Source: Eledone cirrhosa
Taxonomy: Eukaryota
DNA length: 64,000 nucleotides
Assembly: GCA_964016885.1 (NCBI GenBank)
Contig: OZ024740.1
Coordinates: forward strand, 286,068,001 to 286,132,000
Reading direction: 5' to 3'
Shown here piece by piece: positions 28,301 through 42,300 of this stretch (position 1 is its first letter; every line of letters starts with the position of its first letter). A model generated the notes under the pieces. The model worked only from the letters and a program-made list of their open reading frames with translations, was not told the origin of the DNA and searched no databases. The translations under genes were made by a program, and so were the position numbers.

Positions 28301-31300
28301 CGGTAAGTTTTTTTATTTATTTAAATTTTTTTTTAATAATTAAAATACAAAAAGCTTATTTGGTCATATTAGTTACAATGAGAATATTAGTGATTGTAGA
28401 TTCTTTTTTCAGTTCATCATGGAAAAGTAATAATATAGCTGGGTGATAATAGTGAAGATTTTATTTAATTTGGCTTATGTTCAGATTTGGAATAACCCCA
28501 TGGACAGTTAGGCAATTCTAAAGTTAAAATGTTTGGGAATGAAATAAAGGAAAAGAGTAGAATGAGTGAAATCATCATTTTACATGCACTTTCCATTCTG
28601 GCATTGGTTGGATGGGTTATCACTGTCCAAGGCAATTCTTATTCAGAGTTACTGCCTTCCTAAATAGGTCGTGGGACCATATCTTGTTTTTGTTCCATTT
28701 TAAGCATTTTTTCCAAGGCTGAATGTCCTTCCTAACCCATTGTGTTCTGGGTGTATTCTTTTGTGCAAGACATAATCAAGTACTCACTAAAATAAACTGG
28801 TTTCTCCTCTCCCCGAGCAGATAAATCTTTTGCCTTTTACTCACTAGAATAATCATATTTCCTATCTTACAAAAATAGTATCCGAAAGTTATAAGATTTT
28901 GAATTGTTATTAATTTAATATAGTTCTAAAGCAGTGGATTGGCAGTATAGGTAGAGCATCAGACATGCTTTGCAGCATATAGTTACGTCCGTTTATGTTC
29001 TAATGAATGCTGCAAACCATTCTATCAATGTTATAATGTCTGCCAATTCGTCGCCTTATGAATTGTGAATACCAAATTAAAATATATGTTGTTTTTTTAT
29101 ATTAATTCCTTTATTTTCTGTAGAAATTATTGCTTGTGTGAAGTAACAGTAACTCCTGAAGGATTAACTAAACAGAAAAGGTTACCAGAACAATTACAAA
29201 ATCTCCATGAAAAACTTGGACTGAACAGCAGGTAAATAATTAAATAATTCTAAACTTCTGATAATGTGTTCTTAGTTCTTAGTGTGCATTCATGGCTGTG
29301 TGGTTAAGGAGTTTCCTTTCCAACCACATAGTTTAGGGTTCAATCCCACTGTGTAGCACTTTAGGCAAGTGTTTTCTACTGTGGCCTAATGTGTGTAATT
29401 TGGTAGACAGAAACCATCGTGTGTGTGTGTGCATGCATGTGCTCGTGTATGTGTTCATATTTCTCGCTGTCTGTATTTATGTCCCCTAACTCAGTGGTTA
29501 AAGAAAAAGAGATTAATGAAAATAAGAATGAGACTTGAAAAAAAAATACTTGGCTCACTTTTCAATGGAGGCACATGGCTTAGTGGTTAGAGCATTGGCC
29601 TTGCAATCGAAAGGTTGTGAGTTCAATTCTCAGACCGGGTGATGTGTTGTTTCCTTGAGCAAGACACTTTATTTCACATTGCTCCAGTTTACTCGGCTGT
29701 AGAAATGAGATGATAGGGACTGGGGTCCCTATCATTCCACTGCAAAGTGGTCGTGGAGGTGCCACGGCAAAAAAGCACCGAGCACTCACTGTAAATGAGG
29801 TTGGTGTTAGGAAGGGCATCCAGCTGTAGAAATCAAGCCAGAATCAGTTCCCGTCCCACCCTTGCAAGCAGGGAAAAATTGGACGTAAAATGAAATGATG
29901 ATGATGATGACTATGATAGACTACACCCTTTCAAGACAGTTCCTCAGTAGTATAGCTGCAGGGTCACTATAATGGTTCCTTAGCATGGTTGTCGTCTATT
30001 CAATAAATAAATGAGTATATCTAAGACCTTGAAGTATAACGTTGCTTGGCAGCTGCTACTGAACAATATAATGGCTTCATTAACTCCAGTGTTGCCATTA
30101 AACGAGTGTGTCAATTCTCCTTGTAATTATTTGAATTAATTCTGCTTGTCAAAGGGAGATAACCTTGTCTTGACCTTAATTGTTATTCTCATCTGCTGTA
30201 GACAGACAGACAGCGAGGGGGGGGGGTGTAACTAGTGGGAATGAGGATAATAGTGAGAGAGGAGAGGAATAAAAATTAAACATAAAAAATGTCCTAACTG
30301 AAAATAGAACAAGTTGTGAAAGAATTTAATTCATATTCAACAAAGAATCGATAAATGAAATAAATCTTTATCCCAATGTCGATTCTCTCCCTGCTGAACA
30401 TACTTAAATATTGGATGTAGTTATGAATTCTACTGAGAAAGTTACTAAAAGAAGAATCAATGTTATTTTTTAATTAATTTTGAAAATCATAAAAGAAATT
30501 GGTAGAATTTAGTAGAATAACCAACTTTTAGTGTATTATTAGAAATATGGTAAGGAAAGACTTAATCAACTTCCTCCCCTCCCCAAAATTGCTGGCCTTG
30601 TGTCTAAATTAAAAACCATTTCATGGCACTTCACCTTTTTGCTATCAACCCAGCTAAAACTCACTCTGGTTCAATCAAAGAAAACCACTCCTTTTATGGG
30701 CTCCTATTTAATTTAAAATCTTCCTACATAATTTTAATATAACAACCATAAGTTAAATTACTATCTTAGTAATGAAATGATTAATAATTTTAGTAAATCC
30801 CTTTAAATTTCTCAATAATTATTTGAAATTGTGTGTATTTCTTTAGAAATATGGCCAATAAAGAGTTAAAAACAAGATATTGCAAGTGTGAGTAGCTGGT
30901 CATCTGAACGAAGCATTTTGTAGTGACTTTACACATGTTTTCCATCTTTGTCATTTATTTCAGATATTACTTAAAAGACAACATAAGTACTGGTACGTTG
31001 GTGCCTGAAGAAATGATGGGAGAATTAATCAAAGAATCTCAGATTAGCCTTTTACAGCTAAACACTATGGAACTTGCTTCTCAACTGACTCTGTCAGACT
31101 TTGAAGTGTTCCGTGAAATTGAACCAACAGAATACATTGATGATATCTTTAATATAAAATCAAAATTTGGCTGTCATAACATTAGAAGATTCGAAGAAGT
31201 AAGTATCTTAGCTGATATTTAATTTTAACTCTTAACATCCTGTACCACATTAAACTGCATTAGCAAGACATTCTTTAAAAGTACAAAACAGCATTATGTC

Positions 31301-34300
31301 TGCATCACATGAGAAATGAAAGTCTTTACTTTAATACTGCAAATTTTCACAAAAGATCTATTTACTAGTAAACATATAAACATTTGAATTAATAAACTCA
31401 ATTTTAGATATTTTCTGCTAAATGATTACAAGATGTAAAGTCTTAATGTATTGAAATATTTTACTTAATTGTTTTTTTTTATTTCAAGATTCTCTTGTAA
31501 TTTAATTAAAAAGGAGTGGATACATGCATAGTTGATATTTGTATATGGATGTTTGTATATATATAGTCTTAATAGAAAAGTTACATATGCCAAAAAACAC
31601 TGACTATGTTGGTTACCCTATTTATTTGTATATGGATGTTTGTGTATATAGTCTTAATAGAAAAGATACATATGTCAGAAAACACTGACTGTTGCTTACT
31701 CTATTTATTTATGTATGGGCAATGAAATCCCTGCAAAAAAGAAGTCTTGTATATAATATGCACTGATGTTTCTTTTGTATTATGATATATTATAATATAT
31801 TGAAAATGGAGTGTTCTATCAAATATTTTATAAGCAATGTATGAAAGGTACCTTTGAACTTCTACACTGTAAAACTGCGCCTATATTAAAGTCAGTATAG
31901 TGAAAAATCACATGATCATATTTTTTCTGCAGAAAATCCATTTGATTATACTCAATTTTACTGTTTATGTCACTGGAAAACAAAGTAATTGTTGCATAAA
32001 TACATTTTTAAAATACCTAAGAGTTAAGTAAAAAATGATCTTCAGACATTTATGTTTAAAAGATGAGACTTTCAAGATCTGGCATTTTTTTTTTTTTTTT
32101 TTTTTTTGAAAAGGCTTCATAGTTGCATCTGTATCTTATATAAAATTACTGACATCAGATGATTTACAAACATGTCTTATAGAGGTAGAATTCCATACTA
32201 AGTACTTTCTGATAGATTTATGAATTTTATATGATTTCTCAGTACTCGTCAGCAATGGTGAAAGACTGGCCTGCTTTAAAGAATTGCTTTTTTTTTTTTT
32301 TTTTCTCCTAATTATTTTAGCACTAACTTTACAATTTATCATCAGTTTAAAACACTTTTCTACCATAATATCTCATCTTTTTTCTCTTCCAGCTTGCAAA
32401 CCGGGAAATGTTTTGGGTTGTGTCAGAAGTATGTAGTGAAACCAATCCTGTTAAACGAATGAAAATATTGAAACATTTCATCAAAATAGCAAGTAAGGTT
32501 TTCTAGTTGCAAGAAAAGCATTTCTTAAAATTTTTTTATCATGAATGTAGAAAGTTGGCATTGCTTGCTCTCTCTCTCTTCCTTCATTCTCTCTTTCTCT
32601 TTATACCTTCTTTCTCTTTTCCACTTCATTCTTTGAAACCAGGTCTCCAGTTTGAATATATCTCGTCCTTTCTCACCCTTTCACCAGTATCATAGGCCCT
32701 CAAAAAAAAAAAAAGATAATGGGTTCTTTCCTATTTCTTGAGTAAGCAATTAAAAAGAAAAAAAACGACTAATGTATCATAAAATGAAATTATTCTGAAA
32801 TCTAGTGTCATCTAACTATTATAATTTCATGCTAAATTAATGTCCTATTTTTGGTATGCAATTGCCATTTCTAATTATTTTTTAATCCAGTCTCTGTAAA
32901 TATTTCTTAATTGCATTTCTTTTCTTTCTAGAACATTGCAAAGACTGTAAAAACTTCAATTCTATGTATGCCATCATTGGGGGTCTTGGACATGGTGCAG
33001 TATCAAGGTTGAGGAACACATGGGATAAATTACCCAATAAATATCAGAAGATGTTTCTGGTAATATATTTTGTTATATGGAAATAATTAACTCTTAGTGT
33101 CTTGTACCACACAAGGCCACATTAGCAAGGCATTCTTAAACATAGGAAACAGCACTACAACTACTATGTCACATGAAAAATTAAAGCCTTTGCTCTAGTA
33201 GAACAAATTTCACAATGATCTGTCCATTAGTAAAGATACTTTGAATATTTGAATTGACAAATTTGTTTTTAGTTATTTCCTACTATATCATTGTAGGTTG
33301 TTAAGAGTTAACTGTTATAAAAGGATTAAAGCTGTGGTCCTATAACTGTAGACTAGTGAATAAATAAAATTGAAATAGAATAATTGAATTAATGTTTAAA
33401 TATTGCAGGATCTTCAAGAGTTAATGAATCCATCACGTAATATGGCCAAGTACAGAACCTTGATTAGTCCAGAAAATACACAACCCCCAATGGTGAGTAA
33501 TTGTGGATTATTTAAATTCACTTCTTGATTATATTTTTGTTATATTTTCTGTTTTCTAATGTTTATTTTATCATATAGATGTTGTCAGAAAGTTGATTTT
33601 TATTTTTATGGTTGTTGAACATAAATAACATAAAAGTAAACAAGCAGTAGTTAGATTGAACCTACGATGGCTTACAGATGAACATGTGGCTTGGGTGTTG
33701 AACTCACAATCATATGGTCACAGGTTTTATTCCTGAATCAGTCAGTGCATTGTGTTCTTGAGAAAGGCACTTCATTTCACACTGTTTTACATAATAGGAC
33801 TGGGACTCCTATCATTAAAACATCCAAGAAATGAGAAGCAACCTCATATGAAGCCAGCTAAACCTGCATAGGTGTGAGCTATATATTTCTTTTCTTCTTC
33901 ATGGCAATAAGCTATCTTAGTTATTCCATATCCACTAGATATGAACAAATTAGTTTAACATGCCCATGTGGTTAAGGCATTCACTTTGTACCCACATGGT
34001 TCTAGGTTTGATCTCACTACATGGAATTTTACATGAATGTCTTCCATAACCTTAGGTTGACCAATGATTTGTGTGTGGAAACTGCAGGAGATCATCACGT
34101 GTATGTGTGTCTTTCACTGATGTTTATTAAGTCTAAAGTCTGTCTCAAGTCTGGAGGCTCATCAGGCCAGTGCTTATCCCAGTTTCCATGACATGAAGTA
34201 ACTGAGAGTCCATCGCAGAGTTAAACCCCCAGCTATTGCTGGTACTCATTTTCAGCTGAGTATACTGGAGCAACAAGAAATGAAGTGTTTTGCTCAAGAA

Positions 34301-35280
34301 CACAACACACAACCCATTCCAGGATTTGAACACACAACATTATGACTGTAAGTCCAACACCCTTACCACTGGGCCATGTACCTCCATACTGTTTATAAGT
34401 GAAGGATATAAATACCAACTAGTAAACTGAATGAAATCCTATGTTGATATTTGTTCTGCATCAAGTTGTAGACACTTCTTTGTCAAATTATAAATAATTT
34501 GAGAAGTTTATTAAGACAAAACTTTTGACCGTGTGTAACTTCTGTAGTATTCTCAGCTGATAAAAGATTATATATACTCTGTTTTACGAATAAACTGAGA
34601 CAATGTGGCATAGAGTTGACCTTTTGGTCCTGTTGAGCATTTGACATCTCTAGTATTGTTATAATAAAAGGCATGCAGTACACTCTGTAAAATGGTAGTG
34701 CTGATGCCATGCACTCAGTACTCTCTGTAAAGTAATAGTGCTGGTGCCACAATAAAATGTATTCAATACACTCTGTAAAGTGGTTGATGTTAGGAAGGGT
34801 TTCCAGCTGTAGAGGCTGTGTCAAAAATATGGAATGTATGAGCAAGACATAATTTTCCCACCCATCTAGTTTCGAATGACGCCAACCTGGAAAGCAAATG
34901 TAAACTGATGATATATAATACATACATATACATAATTATATATTCTCTATTTTTCTCTTCCAGTTACCTTTCTTCCCCGTTATCAAGAAAGATCTGACAT
35001 TTATACACTTTGGCAATGATTCAATGGTTGATGACTTAATCAACTTTGAGAAATTGCGTATGATTGCTAAAGAAATTCGCCATATATGTGACATGTGTTC
35101 AGCACGTTATGTAAGTCTGAAATATTTGTAAAGTATTCTTTAATTTTTCATTATGCGATAGCAGCTGGTTATTTAGGTTCCTAATTTTAGAAAGCATTAA
35201 TACACATTAAATGATTCTTCTGCTTCTTTCACTCAGTCTCACTCCCTCTATTTGTTTATAGTTCTATCATTCTCTCTCTC

Positions 35281-35321
<41 letters not shown>

Positions 35322-38300
35322 TTTATCATAAGAAGGACATGCATAATTTGTTCAATGTTGTCAAAAACTATATATGACCCAATAACTGCATCACTCCCTT
35401 GAAAACAGCAGAAGGTTTAACACTTCTAAAGGATCAGAATAAGAGAGAGAGAGTTATCTGAGTGTGAATTGTACTTAAAGAATGAGTCCTCAATATGTAA
35501 ACATAGAGGTACTTTATATTACTTAAAATACATGACAACTAAGCATGTTTTCATTGGTACACAGTTTCATGATAGCATCTGATTAATTGTAGCAGATCAG
35601 TCTTGCATGCACCTTTATGAAAGATTTTTGATTATTTACAAAATGCACTGGGGTCAATTTAATCGACTTTCCCCTCCCACCAAAATTTCCAGCCTTGTGC
35701 CTAAATCAGAAACTAATATTTAAAGGAATCTTATTTATTTGTTATTATTGTTATTTAGGATGTTAGCAATATGTGTCTGAATGCACATACTGTCTATGGC
35801 AGTTCAACTATCTCAGGTGTTGCAACACTGAAAAGAACTAAGAACAGAAGAGGATCAGCAGTGCCGAATGCTAAAAAGATGTATGAGGAGGTAAGTTGTA
35901 TTTTTTTCCTTTGAAAGTCTACTGAAATAATTTTCTATATATTCTTGCATTGCCAGTGTTTCTATACTCGTCTACTAAGATAAACTTTCTTTGCTGTAGA
36001 TTATAGGACTATATTCTTGTCGTGAAAAGCACTCACTCAGTCCCTCTTTATGGTGTACAACAGTTTAAGGATACTTTCCTCCCACCAGCTTTGGATGCCC
36101 TGAAATGGTTCAGGGGTATTGCCCTTCCTTTGTTTAAAAAAAAAATGATTAAAAAATGCATTCCTTTAAAATCTGGTCTAGAGCCAAATCAAGTTCTTTG
36201 TCTACAGATACTCTGCACTCTATTGGTAGTCATTGGAGCCTCAGATTAAATGCCTCTGTATTTGTTCTGACTCACTGCATTCTAAGTTCAATTCCTACTG
36301 AAGTCAACTTTGCTTTTCATCCATTTGGGATTGATCAATAAAATGCTGGTCTAGGAGCCATGGATTCCTTCTACCAAGAGTTGCTACTGGCAGATAGTAA
36401 ATGAAAAGACCAATAGAAACTTTGTTTCCTTGGTCCAATCTGATGAACCACTCCTTTCTTTTTTATTCTGTATTTAATGTATTGTACATGAACAAGAAAA
36501 TGTCTATTTTCTCTTCCCTTGTTTTACAGGCTCAGATGATCAAACGTGTAAAATCGTACTTGAATAAAATGCCAGTGATAACTGATGAAGATAAATTGCA
36601 GGAATTGTCTCTTCAGTGTGAACCTCCTCGTAAGTGACTCTTGTCAAACTCCTTGTTTCCAACTCTTTATTCCTGCTTACCCTTTGTACCATGCTCATTA
36701 TTTTGGGTTGTATCAGGGTGTTTTAGCACTTGTCTAATCTACTGCAATCAGCATATTTCAGTCTGATGGTCATCAGGGAACATTAAAAAAAAATAAAATA
36801 AAATGTCTGCTCTTGATTAATTTTGACCTATTCATCAAAGGGTCACCCCGGACTGATCCATATTAGTGTTCCCCCCTTTATGTGGAAGAGGCACTGCCAG
36901 CTTGCGCAGTTGCTGTCACAGGTGAGTACATAGTTTTTAATGATTCTGTAGATGTGTTGCACTTCAGCTGTAGCCCTAGAAACATGGTATTTCCTCATGG
37001 TTCATTGGTGCCAAAACAGTAGTTCTAATTCACCAAGCCTCATCTTCACACTGCATGTTTCAAAGCCTATATGTAAGTATGCATGTACATTAGCACTTCA
37101 AATTCAGATGTACAAATTTCTGTTATCATTAGATATGCTTCTGAGAGGATTTATTTTCTAAAGCTACTATTATGCAAATTCTTGTGATTACAAAAGAAAA
37201 TGTAGTTTTTATTAATTTTTACTTTGTAATTTTTTATTCTTTTTCAATTAAATTTGATTGATTAGTATTTGAATTACTGGTTTAGGGATTCAATAATTAG
37301 GAGTTATTAATATTCAGAAAAACTGAAAACATTAGCTTCAGCTAGCAGACATTGTCATCACTTAGTAGGGACAGGCATGTTTGTGTTGTTAAGAAGTTTC
37401 CTTTATAATCATGTTGTTCCAGGTTCAATCTCATAGCCAGAGGTTGACCAATATTGTAAGAGTGGAATTTGCTGACAGAAACTGCGCAGAAGCCTGTCGT
37501 GTATGTGTTTATATATTTGGTCAATATCAGTGAAGGATATAAACATTGGTGATAACTGATATTTTGCAAATGAAGTCCACCATATTTCAAGCACTTCTTT
37601 GTCACTCTTTGTGACGAGAAATTACTTCCATTGAAATTACCTACTCTTTTAGTTTTTTGCTCATTCCAGCCCATGTACTGTGGTCATGTTGGGGCATGTT
37701 TAAAGATGGCTTTATAAGCTTGTTTTTGCTTAGTAGATCACTGATAATGAGGACATGGGGATTGAGACACAGCTGAGTCAATGAGTTTTTGTTGTTGGTC
37801 AGCTTTCTTCAATGGTGGCTGTTTCTGATAGCCTCCACTTTACTGTTACTGTCAAAGAATTTGGTATTTTCTTGAGATGACATCTAATAATGGGATTAAA
37901 TGCAAGTGTTACGAATTCTTAGATTTGTCAACTATTGTTGAAGAATTTGAATTCTTGAACTTTGTTTTTGTTACTCTTATGAGACCAACCTGCCTGACAC
38001 TACACCTGGTTCTATGATACAAAGATGTTTGTATCAAAGTGTTCATATTTACATTATTGTATATCTACTATTATGTTTTCACGGTAAAGGCTTTACCTCA
38101 CATAATATCAAATCTTTGAGATTTTGATATTTTTTATTTTGAAAACAATACCTTAACATGAGTTACAGCCAGTTTGAACAGAAAAAGATGGGAGAATTCT
38201 GGCCGAACATGGCCAGTTTAAATGCTAAATTTAAACTTTCCATAATAATTTTATGTATAAACCTTTAAATTATACTCCAATCACAAACTTAATAATGAGA

Positions 38301-38917
38301 AAGTTGATTATGTTACTAAACCTCTCCAAATTCTTGGTAATTTACAAAATTATTTGAAAATCATCATCAGTATCTTTCATGAGAAATACAACAATGAAAA
38401 CGTTAAAATAATATTACTCTACTTGGTCCAGCATATATAGATGTGATTTTATTTACCAGTTGTGTATCATGATAATGGTTTACACTAATAGCACCCTGTC
38501 ATAAAATACCTGCTTCACCACTCTCTGTTCCATTTCAATCTTCCTATTAATGTGGAAAACAAATTAGATATGTTTAGGAAGATATATATTTCTCTAAGCT
38601 CTAAGCAGCATGATTCTCAGAACTTGGCTCTGTCTCAATCCTCATGTCATAATTATATGACATAATAGCATCTCATTTACTTTTCTTAGTGGCAGTCACT
38701 TCTACTTGTCTCTTTGTCTCCTCGTGTGTGTGTTTACTTTTAGACATGGTCCATTATTTAACCATGTATAACGGTAACACTCTTGGTTCAAGATAAATAA
38801 ATTCCAATTCATTTTCTAACTTATGTTATCATATAGAAAGGTTTCTAATTTTGCAAGGGGTTTTACCAAGTTTATAAACATTATTAAAATGAAATCATAT
38901 ATATGTGTGTGTGCGTG

Positions 38918-38957
<40 letters not shown>

Positions 38958-39273
38958 CATATATACATACATACATATATAGTGTATGTGATTCAGTGAA
39001 TTACTGGTGGTGGTACCGATATGAGCACTCAATGCATAGACAGTGTTTGTATGTATATATATTTCTATATATATATTAAGATAATTATTTCATTTTCCAA
39101 AGGTTTCACGAAGACAGACGAACTTGGCACATACGAATGTGCTAAGCTCGTCTGTCTTCGTGAAACCTTTGGTAAATGAATTAATTATCTTATGTTGTTT
39201 ATTACATAACTAAAAAGCTCTGTAGCCTACATAGAGCACTCTCTTTACCTTTTCCTTTCCTACGGAAATACTT

Positions 39274-39310
<37 letters not shown>

Positions 39311-42300
39311 GTATGTAGTCAACTCTTTGGTAACAAATTTAATTCATTTTAGAACCTCATTCACCACCACAAAAATTTTTTGCCACATTTATTAAAATAT
39401 ATTTAAAGACATTTTGTTCTCAAATTTCAATCAATATCAAAATCATCCCTTCAAAAATTACTCTATATACTCGTATATAAGCTGAGAAAAATGTGACAAA
39501 AAGAAATCAAGGTCAATATTTTGCTGATTTTCACCAACTTCAAAATTCTACATAAATGAAATGCTAAAATAATTTTGCTTTTGAGGTGAATATTAAACTG
39601 GTTTCATTTTCAATGTGAAATTTGTATTTTCTATTGTTTTTGACATATTTTGAATGAATATAGGTTTCAAAATGGTCAGAAATTGATAAAAAAATTATTA
39701 TGTAATGGAGCTGTGTGAAACTAAAACTATACTCTAAATGACACTTAAAACCTTTTAAATAACAAAATATTAAACTTCATATTCTCCGCTCATGAAAATT
39801 TCATAACATAAAGATCTAAACATAATGTGTAAATGGGGTTCAGATTTTTACCTATTTCTCAGACTTAAATAGGAGTTGATTTATAATAGGATCGGCTTAT
39901 ATTCAAATATATACTGTAATAAAACACAAATTCTCGATAAAAATAAATAATAAAAACAATGCAATGATTGTACAAGGTAATAAATTGCAAGAATAAATAG
40001 AAAAAATTCACTTTCAATTTATCATTTTATATGCTTCAGTGAACCCAAGTGACCCTTCATAACATTAGTTTTGAATTCATTATATTTCGTATGGAAATCA
40101 TTCATTGACATGATCTCCACTAATTTCTTACCAATAATTTTTGTTACCACAGATGTTAGATTCCAAAGAGTCCACTGTACCAGTGACATATTGGGAGGGG
40201 AGGGGGCTTTAACCAGGGGGCCCCAAATTAATTTTTTCCCCTCTACCATAAAATAATGCACAAGAGCCACAATGAAATGTTCATCCATGGACTGCTGCAC
40301 TGTACATTGTGAATATTAGTGCTTTAAAGAAGTAGGTTGATTTAAGTCATGGCAAGTTGTCAAGAACATAGCTATGGAGAAATAAGTCAATGCCATTCTT
40401 TGTTGTTGTTTTTTTCTTCACTGAAGATGAATGAAATTCAATTTTAATAAAATAATACCATGCTATATGCTTGTGTCTGTGCACACATCCATATATATGT
40501 ATTTTTTTTGTTTTCAAATTAGCATTTTCTGCAGACTCTCACTTTGTTTTATTTATTTTAAACTATGATTATGATGTAAACCTTTCTAGTGTTATCACTT
40601 ACATTTAAGGTACACATTTTTCTATGATATGAATATATTTTTTTTAAATAGTAAAACTGAAAAACTACTGACTTCATTGTTAGATGAATTACATGGGAAA
40701 CGCTTAAACCTTCATTGAGAGGTGCTCCTTATAAATTCCACTTTTGAGGTATCTAGGTACACAAGGGCATAAGTTTCTAAATGCTTTATGTATATTTTAA
40801 ATTTATTTGCTGTCATCAAATCCTTTTCTGTTATTTATGACATATTTTCTTAACCCTTTTGATACCAAACTACCTGAAACTGGCCCTGGTTCTATAATAC
40901 AAAGCTATTTATTTTAAAGTGTTTGTTTATCTAAACATTTTCCATCATAATTTTATGGATGAATTTTTGATATGTTCTAAACACCAGCTTACTCTATTTT
41001 TCGGTGTGTAAGATACACTTTTTCACCCCAAATTTTCATCTCAAAATCTGCTTGTATTTTATTCACTGAAGGTACAAATATGATAATAAAAAGCCATTTA
41101 TAAGTATAGCTGAATATTAACTTTTTCCCAAACATTTTTTTTTCTTCAAAATAAAGTTCCGTCTTATATTGCGAAAAATACTGCAATAAAGGAAAGGTTA
41201 ATTTTATTACTAAATCCCTCATAATTTTTGATTATTTCCAAATTCAAAAGGATTTTAAAATTATATCCAATGTCTTTCATTAGAAATATGGTAATGAAAG
41301 GGTTAATTGAAGAATTAAATGTAATTGAAAAGTTTTTAAGGTTTTTTTGTTAGAAAAGAGTTTCACAATATTTGATACCCCTCATTCTGGAGAGTTTCTT
41401 ACTTCATAAACGGTAAAATATTGTAAATTTGACTTTACTGCTTAATTTATGTCTGTTTTAATTTTCTTTTCTTTTTTGTTTCTAATTTAACCCTTTCGAC
41501 ACCAATCCAGTTGAAACTGCCCATGGCTATATGATACTAAGCTGTTTATATTTAAGCGTTTTTATTTATACAAAAACATTCCATCATAATTTTATGTATG
41601 AACCTTAAGTTATACTCAAAATACCAGCTTAATAATGAGAGAGTTAGTTATATTAGTAAATCCCTCCAAATTTATGATTATTTTCAAAATTATACAAAAA
41701 ATCATGGGCTGTACCTTTCATTAGATATATGGTAACAAAAGGGTTAATGATTCAAATTTCTGGAAGTTATAATTTTTCAAAATATATTAAAATTTTCCAT
41801 TTTATAAATATTATGCTGACTTGGTGAATATTTCTTTGTTTAGTTATATTATTAAGCATAATCTCTTGACGTATAGAATAGATCAGTATTTTTTTTATTG
41901 TGGTTGTTATTTCTGTGATTATAAGAGCTATTTTTTATTGTCTGTTTCAGCAACACGTCGGAGAGACACATCTCCTGCTCTCAACGTTGCTAACTCCAGT
42001 GTTACAATAAACACTAATGATGAGAAGCGCTCATATCCTGTTGGTCCAAAGTTTGGTATGTTGATCAGTTTAGAAATTTCCCTACATATATTATTTTCTT
42101 GCATGTTTACTCAATACTTTTTTCGCTTACATATTCATCTTTTATTTTTTCGTGTATATTTTATTGATGTCAGTCATTCTTTGCTCATATTTAAAAATGC
42201 ATCAACATAATTTGATATCAAGTTTCTCTCCTTTCTCACTAGCTTTCAAAAATTCAGATATTGTTTGTCATCATTCTTATTTAAAAGAAATAACAATAGC

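Noticed and set aside
29567-29640. tRNA-like A/B boxes here and at similar SINE heads
   Set aside because: No full cloverleaf; they continue into SINE bodies, so they are not tRNA genes.
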